Below the pieces are notes generated by a model. That model did not search any database. It saw only the letters and a program-made list of their open reading frames with translations, and was not told where the DNA came from. Below are positions 39,878-49,816 of a stretch of DNA of 64,000 nucleotides, piece by piece. A program made the position numbers and the translations under genes. Each line of letters starts with the position of its first letter. Within the stretch, counting starts at the first letter, position 1. The DNA is from Alphaproteobacteria bacterium (GTDB lineage: Bacteria; Pseudomonadota; Alphaproteobacteria; GM7ARS4; G965262615), in the NCBI GenBank assembly GCA_965262615.1, contig OZ253545.1, positions 768,001 through 832,000 of the forward strand. The letters run 5' to 3'.

Positions 39878-40494
39878 TGGCGCAGAGCTTGCTGCACCGA
39901 CTCATTGATTCTCTTGCGCGCCTGCCTGGTTTGGGTCCTCGTTCGGCACGGCGCATTGCGTTTCATCTCTTGCGTCATAGGGATTCTCTCATGACACCTC
40001 TGGCGCACATCCTCACCCAAAGCGCACAGCAGATTATGGCGTGTCGCCACTGTGGCAACTGGGATGAGTGCGATCCGTGTCATTTGTGTGATGATGAAAG
40101 CCGTGACAGCCACTCATTGTGTGTGGTGGAGCAAGTATCAGACTTATGGGCTTTGGAGCGGGCGGCGATGTATCAGGGGCGTTATTTTGTTTTGGGAGGC
40201 ACTTTATCGGTCTATCGCGAAATGAATCCCGAATTGTTGCGCCTGCCTCAATTGGTGCAATGGATTGAGCGTCATGATGTGCAAGAGGTCATTCTTGCCA
40301 CCAATGCCACTGTGGATGGACAAATGACCGCCGACTACATTGTGTCTATGCTCACCGAGCATTATGGGGAGCGTTTGCGGGTGTCTCACTTGGCGCGCGG
40401 GCTTCCTGTGGGAGGCGAACTGGACTATTTGGATGATGGCACTCTGGCGGCGGCTTTCACCGAGCGCATTCGCTCTGAGGTGGAGTCAAAATAA
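39877..40494 (+). CDS. recR: Recombination mediator RecR
   Basis: LPGLGPRSARR, C4 zinc finger and GGELDYLDDGTL. Confidence 0.95.
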   Translation: MAQSLLHRLIDSLARLPGLGPRSARRIAFHLLRHRDSLMTPLAHILTQSAQQIMACRHCGNWDECDPCHLCDDESRDSHSLCVVEQVSDLWALERAAMYQGRYFVLGGTLSVYREMNPELLRLPQLVQWIERHDVQEVILATNATVDGQMTADYIVSMLTEHYGERLRVSHLARGLPVGGELDYLDDGTLAAAFTERIRSEVESK

Positions 40495-41411
40495 TGCGTT
40501 TTGCGTTGTGGTGTGTGGGTGTGCTGAGTTTGTCTGCGTTTGACGCGCTCGCCGATACGCCACTGTCTTTTGCACTGGATGAGGGGGAGTCTGTGGAGAT
40601 TGGGGCACAGGGAGATATTACTTGGTCAGAGGTGCATCACAGTTTGACGGCGCGCAAATCGGCTTTTGTGGCACAGGGGCAGCAGCGCGTGGATGCCGAC
40701 ACCATCTTTTTCTTTTTCGCCGATGACCCATCGCAAGATGGCATGGATTCTTTGCAATTGGTCTCAATGGATGCGGCAGGAGAAGTGCATATTCAAAACG
40801 CTCGTAGCCGCGCCACGGCACAGCGTGCCAATTATCATGCGACAACGCGCGTTCTCACTCTTTATGCCGATGAGGCAGAAGAGGTCTGGCTTTATTTTCC
40901 CGACAGAAAGTTTGAACTCACCGCCAAGCAGCAATTGGTTTATGATGACATCAAAGGGCGCGCCCATGCCACAGGAGGCACGCTTTTTACCCATCACCAA
41001 TTCACGCTGCACAGTGATGAGCTCATTGCTTTCATGACGGATGCGCCCAATCGTGCCATGGCGGCGTTGCGTGCCAATCATGGCGTGATTTTGCGTCATC
41101 CCCAAGGGCAGTTGCAAGGCAAGCACGGCGTGTACGACCTTGCCGCCAATGTGGTCACCATGAGTGGCGATGTGCGTCTGACCAGTGACGGTAAGGAATT
41201 TGCGGGTGATTACGGAATTTTTAATTTGCGGACGGGAGTCAGTCGCTTGGTTTCATTTGCCGAAGCCGAGCATTTGCGCGCCCGCTACAAAGCCCCCATT
41301 GAGCGCACCGTTCGCACTGAGATGGGCAGTGACTCAAAACGCCCCACGGCTGTCATCACCATCAATCCCAACGGTGCACAAGAAAACGAACCATCCAGCG
41401 AGCAGCAATGA
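40494..41411 (+). CDS. lptA: LptA/OstA family LPS transport periplasmic protein
   Basis: Signal peptide and repeated beta-jellyroll pattern; lies upstream of lptB across an insertion. Confidence 0.7.
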   Translation: MRFALWCVGVLSLSAFDALADTPLSFALDEGESVEIGAQGDITWSEVHHSLTARKSAFVAQGQQRVDADTIFFFFADDPSQDGMDSLQLVSMDAAGEVHIQNARSRATAQRANYHATTRVLTLYADEAEEVWLYFPDRKFELTAKQQLVYDDIKGRAHATGGTLFTHHQFTLHSDELIAFMTDAPNRAMAALRANHGVILRHPQGQLQGKHGVYDLAANVVTMSGDVRLTSDGKEFAGDYGIFNLRTGVSRLVSFAEAEHLRARYKAPIERTVRTEMGSDSKRPTAVITINPNGAQENEPSSEQQ

Positions 41412-41633
41412 TTAGCCTCTGCGAACGGGCTTGCCTTTAAGTGCCTGTTCATACTCCCATTTGGCGGCAGATGCTCGCGTGACCCTATGCCCCACTTGGA
41501 AAATATGACCTTTTTTGCCGTATGTTCGCTTATGCTCCTCTTCGCGTCGTTGAAGATCATTGGTGATGCCCGTATGGATGATCCTGTTACCTTTTTTGAA
41601 ATGGTACTTATAGATGCACTTATCCTGATACAT
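41412..41633 (-). CDS. Minimal GIY-YIG nuclease-like protein (copy A, 73 aa)
   Basis: IYKY...IHTGITNDLQRREEEH...WE; AAGGAG RBS. Confidence 0.65.
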   Translation of the reverse strand: MYQDKCIYKYHFKKGNRIIHTGITNDLQRREEEHKRTYGKKGHIFQVGHRVTRASAAKWEYEQALKGKPVRRG

Positions 41634-41668
41634 GACAAACTCCTTCAGCAAGATGGGGTGCTGATTCC

Positions 41669-41696
41669 AGTATAGTCTTTATTTGTGTTTTTTCAA
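41669..41696 (-). promoter_or_regulatory. sigma70-like promoter of GIY-YIG copy A
   Basis: TTGAAA-N16-TATACT; repeated at 41962..41990. Confidence 0.5.
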
Positions 41697-41713
41697 TTGA
41701 GCAGGAATAATTA

Positions 41714-41926
41714 TTAGTGAATAGGCGTTCCTTGCCGTGCTTGTTCATGTTCCCATTTGACAGCATCGTATCGCGTCACTCTGTCCCCCACTCTCTCAAC
41801 AGAACATTGGGAATTTTCCTGCTCATATTCTTTTTCAATGAGTTCAATATCTTTGGTGATGCCCGCATAGACAATCTTGCCATCTACTTTCAAAAAGTAA
41901 CGATAAATGCACCTGTCCTTATACAT
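41714..41926 (-). CDS. Minimal GIY-YIG nuclease-like protein (copy B, 70 aa)
   Basis: IYRY...VYAGITKD...VGDRVTR..AVKWE; paralogue of copy A. Confidence 0.62.
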   Translation of the reverse strand: MYKDRCIYRYFLKVDGKIVYAGITKDIELIEKEYEQENSQCSVERVGDRVTRYDAVKWEHEQARQGTPIH

Positions 41927-41961
41927 GACAAACTCCCTCAATAAAATGGACTGCTGATGCC

Positions 41962-41990
41962 AATATAGTCTTTATTTGTGTTTTTTTCAA
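41962..41990 (-). promoter_or_regulatory. sigma70-like promoter of GIY-YIG copy B
   Basis: TTGAAA-N17-TATATT. Confidence 0.5.
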
Positions 41991-42494
41991 TTATGAATTT
42001 GCATAATATGCCTGAATTTTTTTCAAAATGAGCAAAGTAATTTTAGCAAATTGATTGATATCAAAGGTGACTTCCCACTTCGCTTCTATTTTATTATTGG
42101 GATTTTCACCCGTCATGGTGACAGAAGACGCATAGTGGTAAGCATATGCGTGAATAACCTTATGACATAATGGCAAAAAATAAATTGTTTCTTTTTCTTT
42201 CTTACCTTCTTTGCTGGTCATCAGAATCGTGCCACATTTCTCGTCATCAAAAGTACTGAGAATTTTTTCTTTTTGCTTTCTTTTTTCCTCATTTTTGTCG
42301 GCAAGTGTTTGTTCGTTTAATTTACGCATAAAGACGGCGATGATGATGAGCGATTTGGTGGCTGTTTCATTCAATGTGTCGTGATGGGAAGGTGTGTTCA
42401 ATGACTGCATATTTTCTTTTGCCGCAAGAATGGCTTGCAAAAGATAAAGTTCCTTGTGCAATTCGGCAACATTGAAAAGGAATTGAGCATTCAT
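41991..42494 (-). CDS. Hypothetical protein (167 aa, AT-rich)
   Basis: Long ORF in AT-rich DNA. LCHKVIHA is loosely reminiscent of HEPN-type motifs but is not diagnostic. Confidence 0.55.
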   Translation of the reverse strand: MNAQFLFNVAELHKELYLLQAILAAKENMQSLNTPSHHDTLNETATKSLIIIAVFMRKLNEQTLADKNEEKRKQKEKILSTFDDEKCGTILMTSKEGKKEKETIYFLPLCHKVIHAYAYHYASSVTMTGENPNNKIEAKWEVTFDINQFAKITLLILKKIQAYYANS

Positions 42495-42570
42495 GTCACC
42501 ATCATAGACAATGCAATGATGATTGTGAAGTTGGCATCACTGTGCTAGTGTGCGTTTCGTTGTGTGATTG

Positions 42571-43365
42571 ATGGCGACAGGAAAAACAAAAAAACGCAAT
42601 CTATCGGTGGTTCGCGAGGGACTGGCGGTTGAGCACATCACCTATGAGGTGGGTCGTCGGCGCATTGTGCGGGATGTGAGTTTGCATGTGGGGCGCGGCG
42701 AGGTGGTGGCGTTGTTGGGCCCCAATGGGGCGGGTAAGACCAGCACCTTTCATTCCATCACGGGTGTGGTGCGTCCGCGACGAGGAACGGTGTGGCTGGA
42801 TGGCTATGATGTGACGGGCTTGCCGATGTATCGCCGTTCTCGCTTGGGTCTTGGTTATTTGCCGCAGGAGTCTTCCATTTTTCGCGGCATGAGTGTCAGT
42901 GACAACATCATGGCGATTTTGGAGATTGTGGAGAGTGATGCCCTCAAGCGTCGCACCACATTGGATGAGTTGCTGGCGGAGTTTTCCATTTCGCACTTGG
43001 CGGAGGCGGAGTCTGTGTCGTTATCGGGTGGTGAGCGTCGGCGTTTGGAGATTGCTCGCTGTCTTGCGTCAGAGCCTCGCTACATGTTGTTGGATGAGCC
43101 GTTGGCGGGGATTGATCCCATTGCGGTCAATGATATTCGTCACTTGGTGGCGCGTCTGAAAAATCGGGGTCTGGGGGTTTTGATCACCGACCATAATGTG
43201 CAGGAGACCCTTGCCATCTCAGATCGCGCCTACATCATTCATGACGGCACGATTTTGCGCGAGGGCACGCCTGATGACATCATCAAGGATGAGACCGTTC
43301 GCAGCGTGTATTTGGGTGATGATTTCTCGCCGTCTCATTTTGCCACTCTTCGTGCTCGGCGGTGA
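42571..43365 (+). CDS. lptB: LPS export ABC transporter ATP-binding protein
   Basis: GPNGAGKT, YLPQE.SIFR, LSGGERRR.EIAR and ITDHNV. Confidence 0.95.
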   Translation: MATGKTKKRNLSVVREGLAVEHITYEVGRRRIVRDVSLHVGRGEVVALLGPNGAGKTSTFHSITGVVRPRRGTVWLDGYDVTGLPMYRRSRLGLGYLPQESSIFRGMSVSDNIMAILEIVESDALKRRTTLDELLAEFSISHLAEAESVSLSGGERRRLEIARCLASEPRYMLLDEPLAGIDPIAVNDIRHLVARLKNRGLGVLITDHNVQETLAISDRAYIIHDGTILREGTPDDIIKDETVRSVYLGDDFSPSHFATLRARR

Positions 43366-44663
43366 GTGGGGGTTCGGTTGTTTTAGCGGCACCGTCTTCC
43401 CATCAGGGCAAGACTTCTGTGACATTGGCATTGATTGCGGCGTGGAAGAGGCGCGAGCTGCGCGTGGGCGCATGCAAGGTGGGTCCTGACTATATTGATA
43501 GCGGATTGCATCGGCGCGTGGGAGCGGATGTCACAATTAATTTGGACCTGTGGGCGATGCGCGATGAGGTGTGCCGTCATGGATGGCACGAGTTGGAGGA
43601 TGCCAGCGATCGCATCGTGGTGGAAGGCGTGATGGGATTGTTTGACAAAGGCGGCAGAGGCTGCTGCACCGCCGATGTGGCGGCGTATTTGGGGTTGGGG
43701 GTGATTTTGGTGGTGGATGCCGCCCACATGGCGCAATCGGCTGCCGCCTTGCTGGAAGGATTTGCTCACCACAGAGACGATTGCGCGGTGCGGGGGGTGA
43801 TTTTCAATCGCGTGGGCAGTGCCCGCCATGGGTCTTATTTGCGTGAGGCGGCTCATAGTGCCAATGTGCCGTTGTTGGGATTGTTGCCGTCCGAGCCATC
43901 CATTGCCATTGCGTCTCGCCATCTGGGATTGCATCAGGGGCATGAGATGTCCGACCGCTTGGTGCACGATTTGGCTCACTGGCTGGAGAGCAACGCCGAT
44001 GTGTCCGCCATTGAAAAAACGAGTGATTCATCGTCACTGAGTGGGTCATCATCTCACCACAAGTCGTTGGTGTCTCTTTGTGATGTGAGTCATGTGGCGG
44101 TGGCGCGCGATGAGGCGTTTTCTTTTTGTTATGAGTGGCTCACGCGCGGTTGGCAGCGGGCGGGCATGCGCGTCTCTCACTTTTCGCCGTTGGCGGGCGA
44201 GATGCCTCATAAAGATTGTGATGCGGTGATGCTGGTGGGCGGCTATCCCGAGCATCACTTGGAGGCATTGGGGGATGGTTTTTTCGCCACCATGAGGGAG
44301 CTCGCGGCGCGCGGCGTTCCCATTTATGGGGAGTGTGGCGGATTTATGGTTCTGGGGCGCAGTGTGACCGATGGCGATGGGGTGCGTCATGAGATGGCGA
44401 ATTTGTTGCCTGTGGATTTCTCGTTCGTCTCGCCGCGCCGTTCATTGGGCTATCGCCGTTGTCGGTTGGTGCATGATTGTTTTTTGGGGACGAAGGGCAG
44501 GGTGTTGCGGGGGCATGAGTTTCATTACGGACGCATCACCCATCAAGAGGGTGCGCCGCTTTTTCGCATGGAACACGATGACGGCGAAGGCTGGCATGAT
44601 GCTGGTTGTCGGGTGGGGTCGGTGATGGGGAGTTTTTTTCATTTGATAGATTTTGAATCGTGA
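43362..44663 (+). CDS. cobB: Cobyrinate/hydrogenobyrinate a,c-diamide synthase
   Basis: GKT, KVGPDYID, EGVMGLFD, SRHLGL, GGYPE, ECGG and GHEFHY. Confidence 0.9.
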   Translation: MSGGSVVLAAPSSHQGKTSVTLALIAAWKRRELRVGACKVGPDYIDSGLHRRVGADVTINLDLWAMRDEVCRHGWHELEDASDRIVVEGVMGLFDKGGRGCCTADVAAYLGLGVILVVDAAHMAQSAAALLEGFAHHRDDCAVRGVIFNRVGSARHGSYLREAAHSANVPLLGLLPSEPSIAIASRHLGLHQGHEMSDRLVHDLAHWLESNADVSAIEKTSDSSSLSGSSSHHKSLVSLCDVSHVAVARDEAFSFCYEWLTRGWQRAGMRVSHFSPLAGEMPHKDCDAVMLVGGYPEHHLEALGDGFFATMRELAARGVPIYGECGGFMVLGRSVTDGDGVRHEMANLLPVDFSFVSPRRSLGYRRCRLVHDCFLGTKGRVLRGHEFHYGRITHQEGAPLFRMEHDDGEGWHDAGCRVGSVMGSFFHLIDFES

Positions 44664-44705
44664 TTGCGGTATGATGGTGGGTGATTCAACGACAAAAGGG
44701 AGGCG

Positions 44706-45662
44706 ATGATGGCAAAAGCAACGAAACTGGCTCTGGTGGGAGCGGGGCAGATTGGTGGCACACTGGCGCACTTGGCGGCGCAGGATGTGTTTGATGAGAT
44801 TGCCCTTTATGACATCGCGGGGGATATGGCGCGCGGCAAGGCATTGGATTTGATGCAAGCCGGCGCGGTGGAAGGTTTTGAGGCACACATTCACGGCGGC
44901 GATGAGGATTCTTTGGTGCGTGATGCCGATGTGGTGATTGTCACTTCGGGCTTGCCGCGCAAACCCGGCATGAGCCGCGATGATTTGATTGAAAGCAATT
45001 GTGCCATCATCAAAAAAGTGGGGGCGTTGATTAAGACGCAATCCCCCAAGGCGTTTGTGATTGTGGTGACCAATCCGTTGGATGTGATGGTGTGGGTGAT
45101 GCGGCAGGTGACGGGTTTTCCTCATGCACGAGTTGTGGGCATGGCGGGCGTTTTGGACTCGGCGCGTTTTGCTCATTTTTTGAGCGCAGCTCTGGGCATC
45201 GCCAAGAATGATATTTCCTGCACGGTGCTAGGCGGGCATGGTGATTTGATGGTGCCCCTCATCGGTTATTCATCGGCTGGGGGTGTCTCGCTGGATGAAT
45301 GGGTGCACAGCGGGCGGTTGCCACAGGATGTTTTGGATGGCATCATTGAACGCACGCGCGGCGGCGGCGGTGAGATTGTCAAACTGCTGGGGACCGGTTC
45401 GGCGTTTTATGCGCCCGCAGCATCGGCGTTGCGCATGGCGCGAGCGTTTGTCCGAGACGAAAAACGCCTGCTCACCGCGGCGGCATGGCTAAGAGATGCT
45501 TATGGCGAGCGCGATGTTTATGCCGGCGTTCCGGTTACAATTGGTGCGGGTGGCGTTGAGCAAATCGTCCAGCTGAGCCTCAGTGACACGGAGCAAGCGG
45601 CATTCAAACAATCGGTGGCGGCGGTGCGAGAATTAGTTGCCGTTGCCGAAAAAATGATATAA
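44706..45662 (+). CDS. mdh: Malate dehydrogenase (LDH-like)
   Basis: GAGQIGG, PRKPGMSRDDL, LDSARF, GGHGD and GSAFYAPA. Confidence 0.96.
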   Translation: MMAKATKLALVGAGQIGGTLAHLAAQDVFDEIALYDIAGDMARGKALDLMQAGAVEGFEAHIHGGDEDSLVRDADVVIVTSGLPRKPGMSRDDLIESNCAIIKKVGALIKTQSPKAFVIVVTNPLDVMVWVMRQVTGFPHARVVGMAGVLDSARFAHFLSAALGIAKNDISCTVLGGHGDLMVPLIGYSSAGGVSLDEWVHSGRLPQDVLDGIIERTRGGGGEIVKLLGTGSAFYAPAASALRMARAFVRDEKRLLTAAAWLRDAYGERDVYAGVPVTIGAGGVEQIVQLSLSDTEQAAFKQSVAAVRELVAVAEKMI

Positions 45663-45674
45663 AAAGGATTCATC

Positions 45675-46838
45675 ATGACTGTTATTACCAGACCCGCTAT
45701 TGAAGTAACGCAGGGCAGATACAAATTGTATCTGACATCCTTTACTGCCGAGCATTTTAACATGGCTGATTTTTATGATGTTAAGAAATTAAATATTGAC
45801 GCAGAAGGTGGCTATCAAAGAGGTTTGCAAGAAACGCGCGTCAAAAGGTTTGTTACAGACATTGTCCGAGCCTCTCACGATTCGAGGGCAGCTACCGAAG
45901 ATAATAATTTCGGGTCGTGCTTTTATCCCACATCGGTTTTTTTGACAACAGAACATGATGTGAAATATGACGATGAGAAGAGAGAAATATTATTTGACAC
46001 AAGCATTTGTCCTTTCAACATTGTGGATGGTCAGCATCGTGTGGAGGCTTTGCGGAAAGCCAGTAACGGGAATACCGCTTTGGATGATTTTCCCATGCCC
46101 GTCACACTGGCAACCAACCTCAAGGAAGTGGAACAAATGCTTCAATTTTTGATTGTGAATAGCCAACAAAAGAAGGTTGAAAAAGGAGTGGAGCAACACA
46201 TTTATGCGCGTTTATGCGATATGCAAACACTTAAACCAATGCCTTTTTTGCCAGGAGTGGTGGAAAGAGAAGTAGGAAAGGGCTTATATCGTGAGTGTTT
46301 TGACATTGTCAAATTTCTGAATAATGAAGAAACTTCTCCTTGGAAAGGAAAAATTGTCATGGCTGATGATGACCCTAAAAAGAAAGGTGTTAAACAAGCT
46401 GCGTTTGTGGGTAGTTTGAAAAGGTATATTTTTGCCCAAGGCAACCTTTTGCATGAGAAAAAGGATGATATTCGTTATGTGAAAAATTTTCTTTTGAACT
46501 ACTGGATCGCTTTAACCGAATTCGCATCTCGGGACATTCGTATTGAGTCTGATTCAAATATTTTCAAAACAAATGGACTAAACTTTTTTCATGAAATTTC
46601 TAGCCTTTTTGCAGAAAAGTGCTTGAATAATGATGATGCGACAGTCCCCACAATTAGAGGATATTTTGAGGGGGTGAACGACTGTGCGTTGGAATTGGGA
46701 AATGAAAAGGTGGTAAAATTGATGGCATCTGCAAATTGGGCGAAAGGTGGTGAATTTGGTAAATTGAATCTAGGGGGCATTAGGGGCAAGGCTAGTGAAT
46801 ATAGTGCAATTTTTAAGAGTTGGGATTTAGGATTCTAG
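45675..46838 (+). CDS. DGQHR-domain (DndB/ParB-like) protein
   Basis: GYQR, PTSVFL, IVDGQHR and F..VN.QQK.V; AT-rich insert. Confidence 0.85.
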   Translation: MTVITRPAIEVTQGRYKLYLTSFTAEHFNMADFYDVKKLNIDAEGGYQRGLQETRVKRFVTDIVRASHDSRAATEDNNFGSCFYPTSVFLTTEHDVKYDDEKREILFDTSICPFNIVDGQHRVEALRKASNGNTALDDFPMPVTLATNLKEVEQMLQFLIVNSQQKKVEKGVEQHIYARLCDMQTLKPMPFLPGVVEREVGKGLYRECFDIVKFLNNEETSPWKGKIVMADDDPKKKGVKQAAFVGSLKRYIFAQGNLLHEKKDDIRYVKNFLLNYWIALTEFASRDIRIESDSNIFKTNGLNFFHEISSLFAEKCLNNDDATVPTIRGYFEGVNDCALELGNEKVVKLMASANWAKGGEFGKLNLGGIRGKASEYSAIFKSWDLGF

Positions 46839-46854
46839 GCAGTGAGCTCAACCT

Positions 46855-47196
46855 TTGAATATTGCTAATTTAACCCCTCAAGTTGAGCACAAAGTATCCT
46901 TTAGTGGCAGAGAGCTTTTGTCCGTTCCTAAAGAGGCGGGTTGCTATGTGCTGACCAATTTTAGTGGTGAGATTTTTTATATTGGTAGGGCTAAAGATTT
47001 GTGCAGACGCATGGCACAGCATTTAGAAAATCCAAAGATGAGACAGCGAATTACTGCAGGCAAGGCAACTCAATTCCACTATCGCTTGTGTGAGGTCAAA
47101 GAGCTTCCCTATCTTGAAAGAGGCTGGATGAACGAGTATAGAATGAATAATGGTGGCAGGTTGCCCCCTTTTAATGAGGTGGATGCTGCCATCTAA
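46855..47196 (+). CDS. GIY-YIG nuclease family protein
   Basis: GCY...FYIG...DL.RR..QH...LE...LPPFN; TTG start is uncertain. Confidence 0.8.
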   Translation: MNIANLTPQVEHKVSFSGRELLSVPKEAGCYVLTNFSGEIFYIGRAKDLCRRMAQHLENPKMRQRITAGKATQFHYRLCEVKELPYLERGWMNEYRMNNGGRLPPFNEVDAAI

Positions 47197-47223
47197 GATT
47201 TTGCCATCTAATTGGAGGTTTTT

Positions 47224-48393
47224 ATGAATGTTCATGAATATCAGGCGAAACGCCTGCTTGGTCAGTTTGATGTTCCCACGCCTGTTGGGGATGTTGCTTA
47301 CAACACGCATGAGGCGGAGCGCATTGCCAATTGGCTTGATGAGGATGTGATGGTGGTGAAGGCTCAGATTCATGCTGGGGGGCGTGGTTTGGGCGGTGGT
47401 GTCAAGGTGGTGAAATCGGTGGCGGATGTGGTGAAGTCTGCCGATGCCATGTTTGGCATGATGCTCAAAACTCCGCAAACGCCGCCTGAGGGCAAGAAAG
47501 TGCGGCGCGTTTATATTGAAAAGGGGGTTAATATAGACAAGGAGATTTATTTTTGCGTTGTGGTCAATAGGGCAACGGGCGGGGTGGACATCATCGCCAG
47601 CAAGGAAGGCGGCATGGACATTGAGGAAATCGCTCAAAAGAAACCCAAGTCAATCATGAAGGTGTCGTTGCCTGCGGGGGCGCGTCTTGCCTCGCACCAT
47701 GTGCGCCGTCTGTGCTACGGGCTGGGGCTCGGCGGACGCTTGGGACGCAAGGCACAAAAAACCATGCTGAATATTTGGCGCGCCTATGACAATCTGGATG
47801 CCTCCATGCTGGAGATCAATCCACTGGTCACCACCAAAGAGGAGGAGGTCTTTGCTCTGGACTGCAAGGCGGACTTTGACGACAATGCTCTGTTTCGTCA
47901 ACGGCGGGTGGAAGAAATGCGTGATGATGACGAAATGGACCCCCTTGAGCTGGAAGCCGCGCGTCACAATCTCAACTATGTGAAGCTGAACGGCAGCATT
48001 GGGCTCATGGTCAATGGCGCGGGACTCTCAATGGCAACGATGGACATCATTGAGAGCATGGGGGGCAAGGCGGCAAACTTCATGGATGTGGCAGGAGCGG
48101 CAACCTCGGAGCGTGTCGCCGCCGCATTCAAACTGATTTATCGCGATGCCGATGTCAAAGGTATTCTCATCAACATTTTTGGCGGCATGATGCGCTGCAA
48201 CTCCATCGCCGAAGGCTTGGTCGCCGCCGCCGGCGAGGTGGGGCTGGAGAAACCGCTGGTGGTGCGTCTGGAGGGAACAAATGTGGATTTGGGACGCAAA
48301 ATCCTCAAGGACTCGCCCTATCCCATAGAACCAGTCGCCACCATGTACGAGGCGGCGGAGAAAATCGTGAACGCCGTCAAAAAAGGAGGCTGA
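47224..48393 (+). CDS. sucC: Succinyl-CoA synthetase beta subunit
   Basis: [31 protein letters not shown] and RLEGTN; GGAGG RBS. Confidence 0.9.
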   Translation: MNVHEYQAKRLLGQFDVPTPVGDVAYNTHEAERIANWLDEDVMVVKAQIHAGGRGLGGGVKVVKSVADVVKSADAMFGMMLKTPQTPPEGKKVRRVYIEKGVNIDKEIYFCVVVNRATGGVDIIASKEGGMDIEEIAQKKPKSIMKVSLPAGARLASHHVRRLCYGLGLGGRLGRKAQKTMLNIWRAYDNLDASMLEINPLVTTKEEEVFALDCKADFDDNALFRQRRVEEMRDDDEMDPLELEAARHNLNYVKLNGSIGLMVNGAGLSMATMDIIESMGGKAANFMDVAGAATSERVAAAFKLIYRDADVKGILINIFGGMMRCNSIAEGLVAAAGEVGLEKPLVVRLEGTNVDLGRKILKDSPYPIEPVATMYEAAEKIVNAVKKGG

Positions 48394-48394
48394 C

Positions 48395-49273
48395 ATGGCT
48401 ATTTTACTGGACAAAAACACCAAGATTATTTGTCAGGGCTTCACGGGAGCGCAAGGGACATTTCACTCACAGCAGGCGTTGGATTATGGAACGAATTTGG
48501 TGGGCGGCGTGACGCCCGACAAAGGCGGCAGCAAACACTTGGGACTGCCCGTCTTCAACACGGTGGAAGAGGCGGTGGAGAAAACAGGATGCACCGCAAC
48601 GGGCGTTTTTGTGCCGCCACCCTTTGCCGCCGATGCCATCTTGGAGGCGGTGGAGGCTGAGCTGGAACTGGTGGTGTGCATCACCGATGGTGTGCCGGTC
48701 AGCGATATGCAACGAGTCAAAAGTGCCCTTGTGGGCAAAAAAACCCGCCTCGTGGGACCCAATTGTCCGGGCGTTTTGACTCCTGATGTGGGCAAAATCG
48801 GCATCATACCAGGGCATATTTGTCAAAAAGGACGGGTGGGAGTGATTTCTCGCTCCGGCACATTGTCTTATGAGGCGGCGGTGCAGACCAGTCAGTCGGG
48901 GCTGGGGCAATCCACCATCATTGGCATTGGCGGTGACCCTGTCAATGGCACGAACTATGTGGATGCCTTTGAACTCTTCATGCAGGATGATGAAACCGAT
49001 GCCATCATCATCATTGGCGAGATTGGCGGTGTGCCAGAGATCAATGTGGCGCATTATATCAAGGACTTGGGCAAAAAATCCAAACCTGTGGCGGCGTTTG
49101 TCGCAGGGGCTGCCGCACCGCCAGGAAGACGATTGGGACACGCAGGGGCAATCGTCTCGTCTGACGATGAAACCGCTCAAGCCAAAAAAGAAGCTTTGCG
49201 TTCCGCAGGCGCAGTGGTGGCTGATATCATCACCGATATCGGCAAAGCCATGCGCCAAGCGATGAACTCATAA
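48395..49273 (+). CDS. sucD: Succinyl-CoA synthetase alpha subunit
   Basis: QGFTG, GPNCPG, SRSGTL.YE and GHAGA (phospho-His). Confidence 0.92.
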   Translation: MAILLDKNTKIICQGFTGAQGTFHSQQALDYGTNLVGGVTPDKGGSKHLGLPVFNTVEEAVEKTGCTATGVFVPPPFAADAILEAVEAELELVVCITDGVPVSDMQRVKSALVGKKTRLVGPNCPGVLTPDVGKIGIIPGHICQKGRVGVISRSGTLSYEAAVQTSQSGLGQSTIIGIGGDPVNGTNYVDAFELFMQDDETDAIIIIGEIGGVPEINVAHYIKDLGKKSKPVAAFVAGAAAPPGRRLGHAGAIVSSDDETAQAKKEALRSAGAVVADIITDIGKAMRQAMNS

Positions 49274-49291
49274 CTCAAGAGGAGACACACC

Positions 49292-49816
49292 ATGAAAGCG
49301 CACGCCCTTATTTCTTACATGGGACCCGATAAACCCACGCTTATTTCTTCCATCATTGCGTTGCTGGAGGAGCTGGGCGGCAGCTTTGGTGATGTCACAT
49401 TTGCCACTTTGGGTGAGGCGGGGGAGCTCACCTTTATCTACGAAATGCCCGATGGACTTGAGGTGGATGCGCTCAGAGGCCAATTAGAATCACTGAGTGT
49501 GTTGCAAAGCGGCACGGTGCGGGTGGAATCGTTTGCTTTGAAGGCGGAGAAGGGCCCCACCAGCCGCATCACCCATCGCATTGTGTTGTCTGGCGAGGAT
49601 CGCTCTGGACTGCTCAAAAGCATTATTGATGTGTTGGACAAACACGGTGCGGTGATTGTGCGCATGAATGCCGAGCGACTGCACGGAGCGACAACGGTGC
49701 GCTATGCGGCGCGCATTGCACTGTCGGTGCGCGAGGAGCGCGCCCCTGATTGCCTCAGTGACATGGCGCGCCTTGCGGCTTCTCTCAATATGACCTTGCG
49801 CTACGAGACCGCCTGA
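49292..49816 (+). CDS. Tandem ACT-domain protein (GcvR-like)
   Basis: Two ACT starts, G.DKP.LI and G.DRSGLL. Confidence 0.7.
   Translation: MKAHALISYMGPDKPTLISSIIALLEELGGSFGDVTFATLGEAGELTFIYEMPDGLEVDALRGQLESLSVLQSGTVRVESFALKAEKGPTSRITHRIVLSGEDRSGLLKSIIDVLDKHGAVIVRMNAERLHGATTVRYAARIALSVREERAPDCLSDMARLAASLNMTLRYETA

Noticed and set aside
47224-49273. Malate thiokinase (mtkAB), given the C1 cofactor genes
   Set aside because: Position after mdh matches canonical sucCD and no serine-cycle genes are adjacent. It cannot be fully excluded without a phylogeny.
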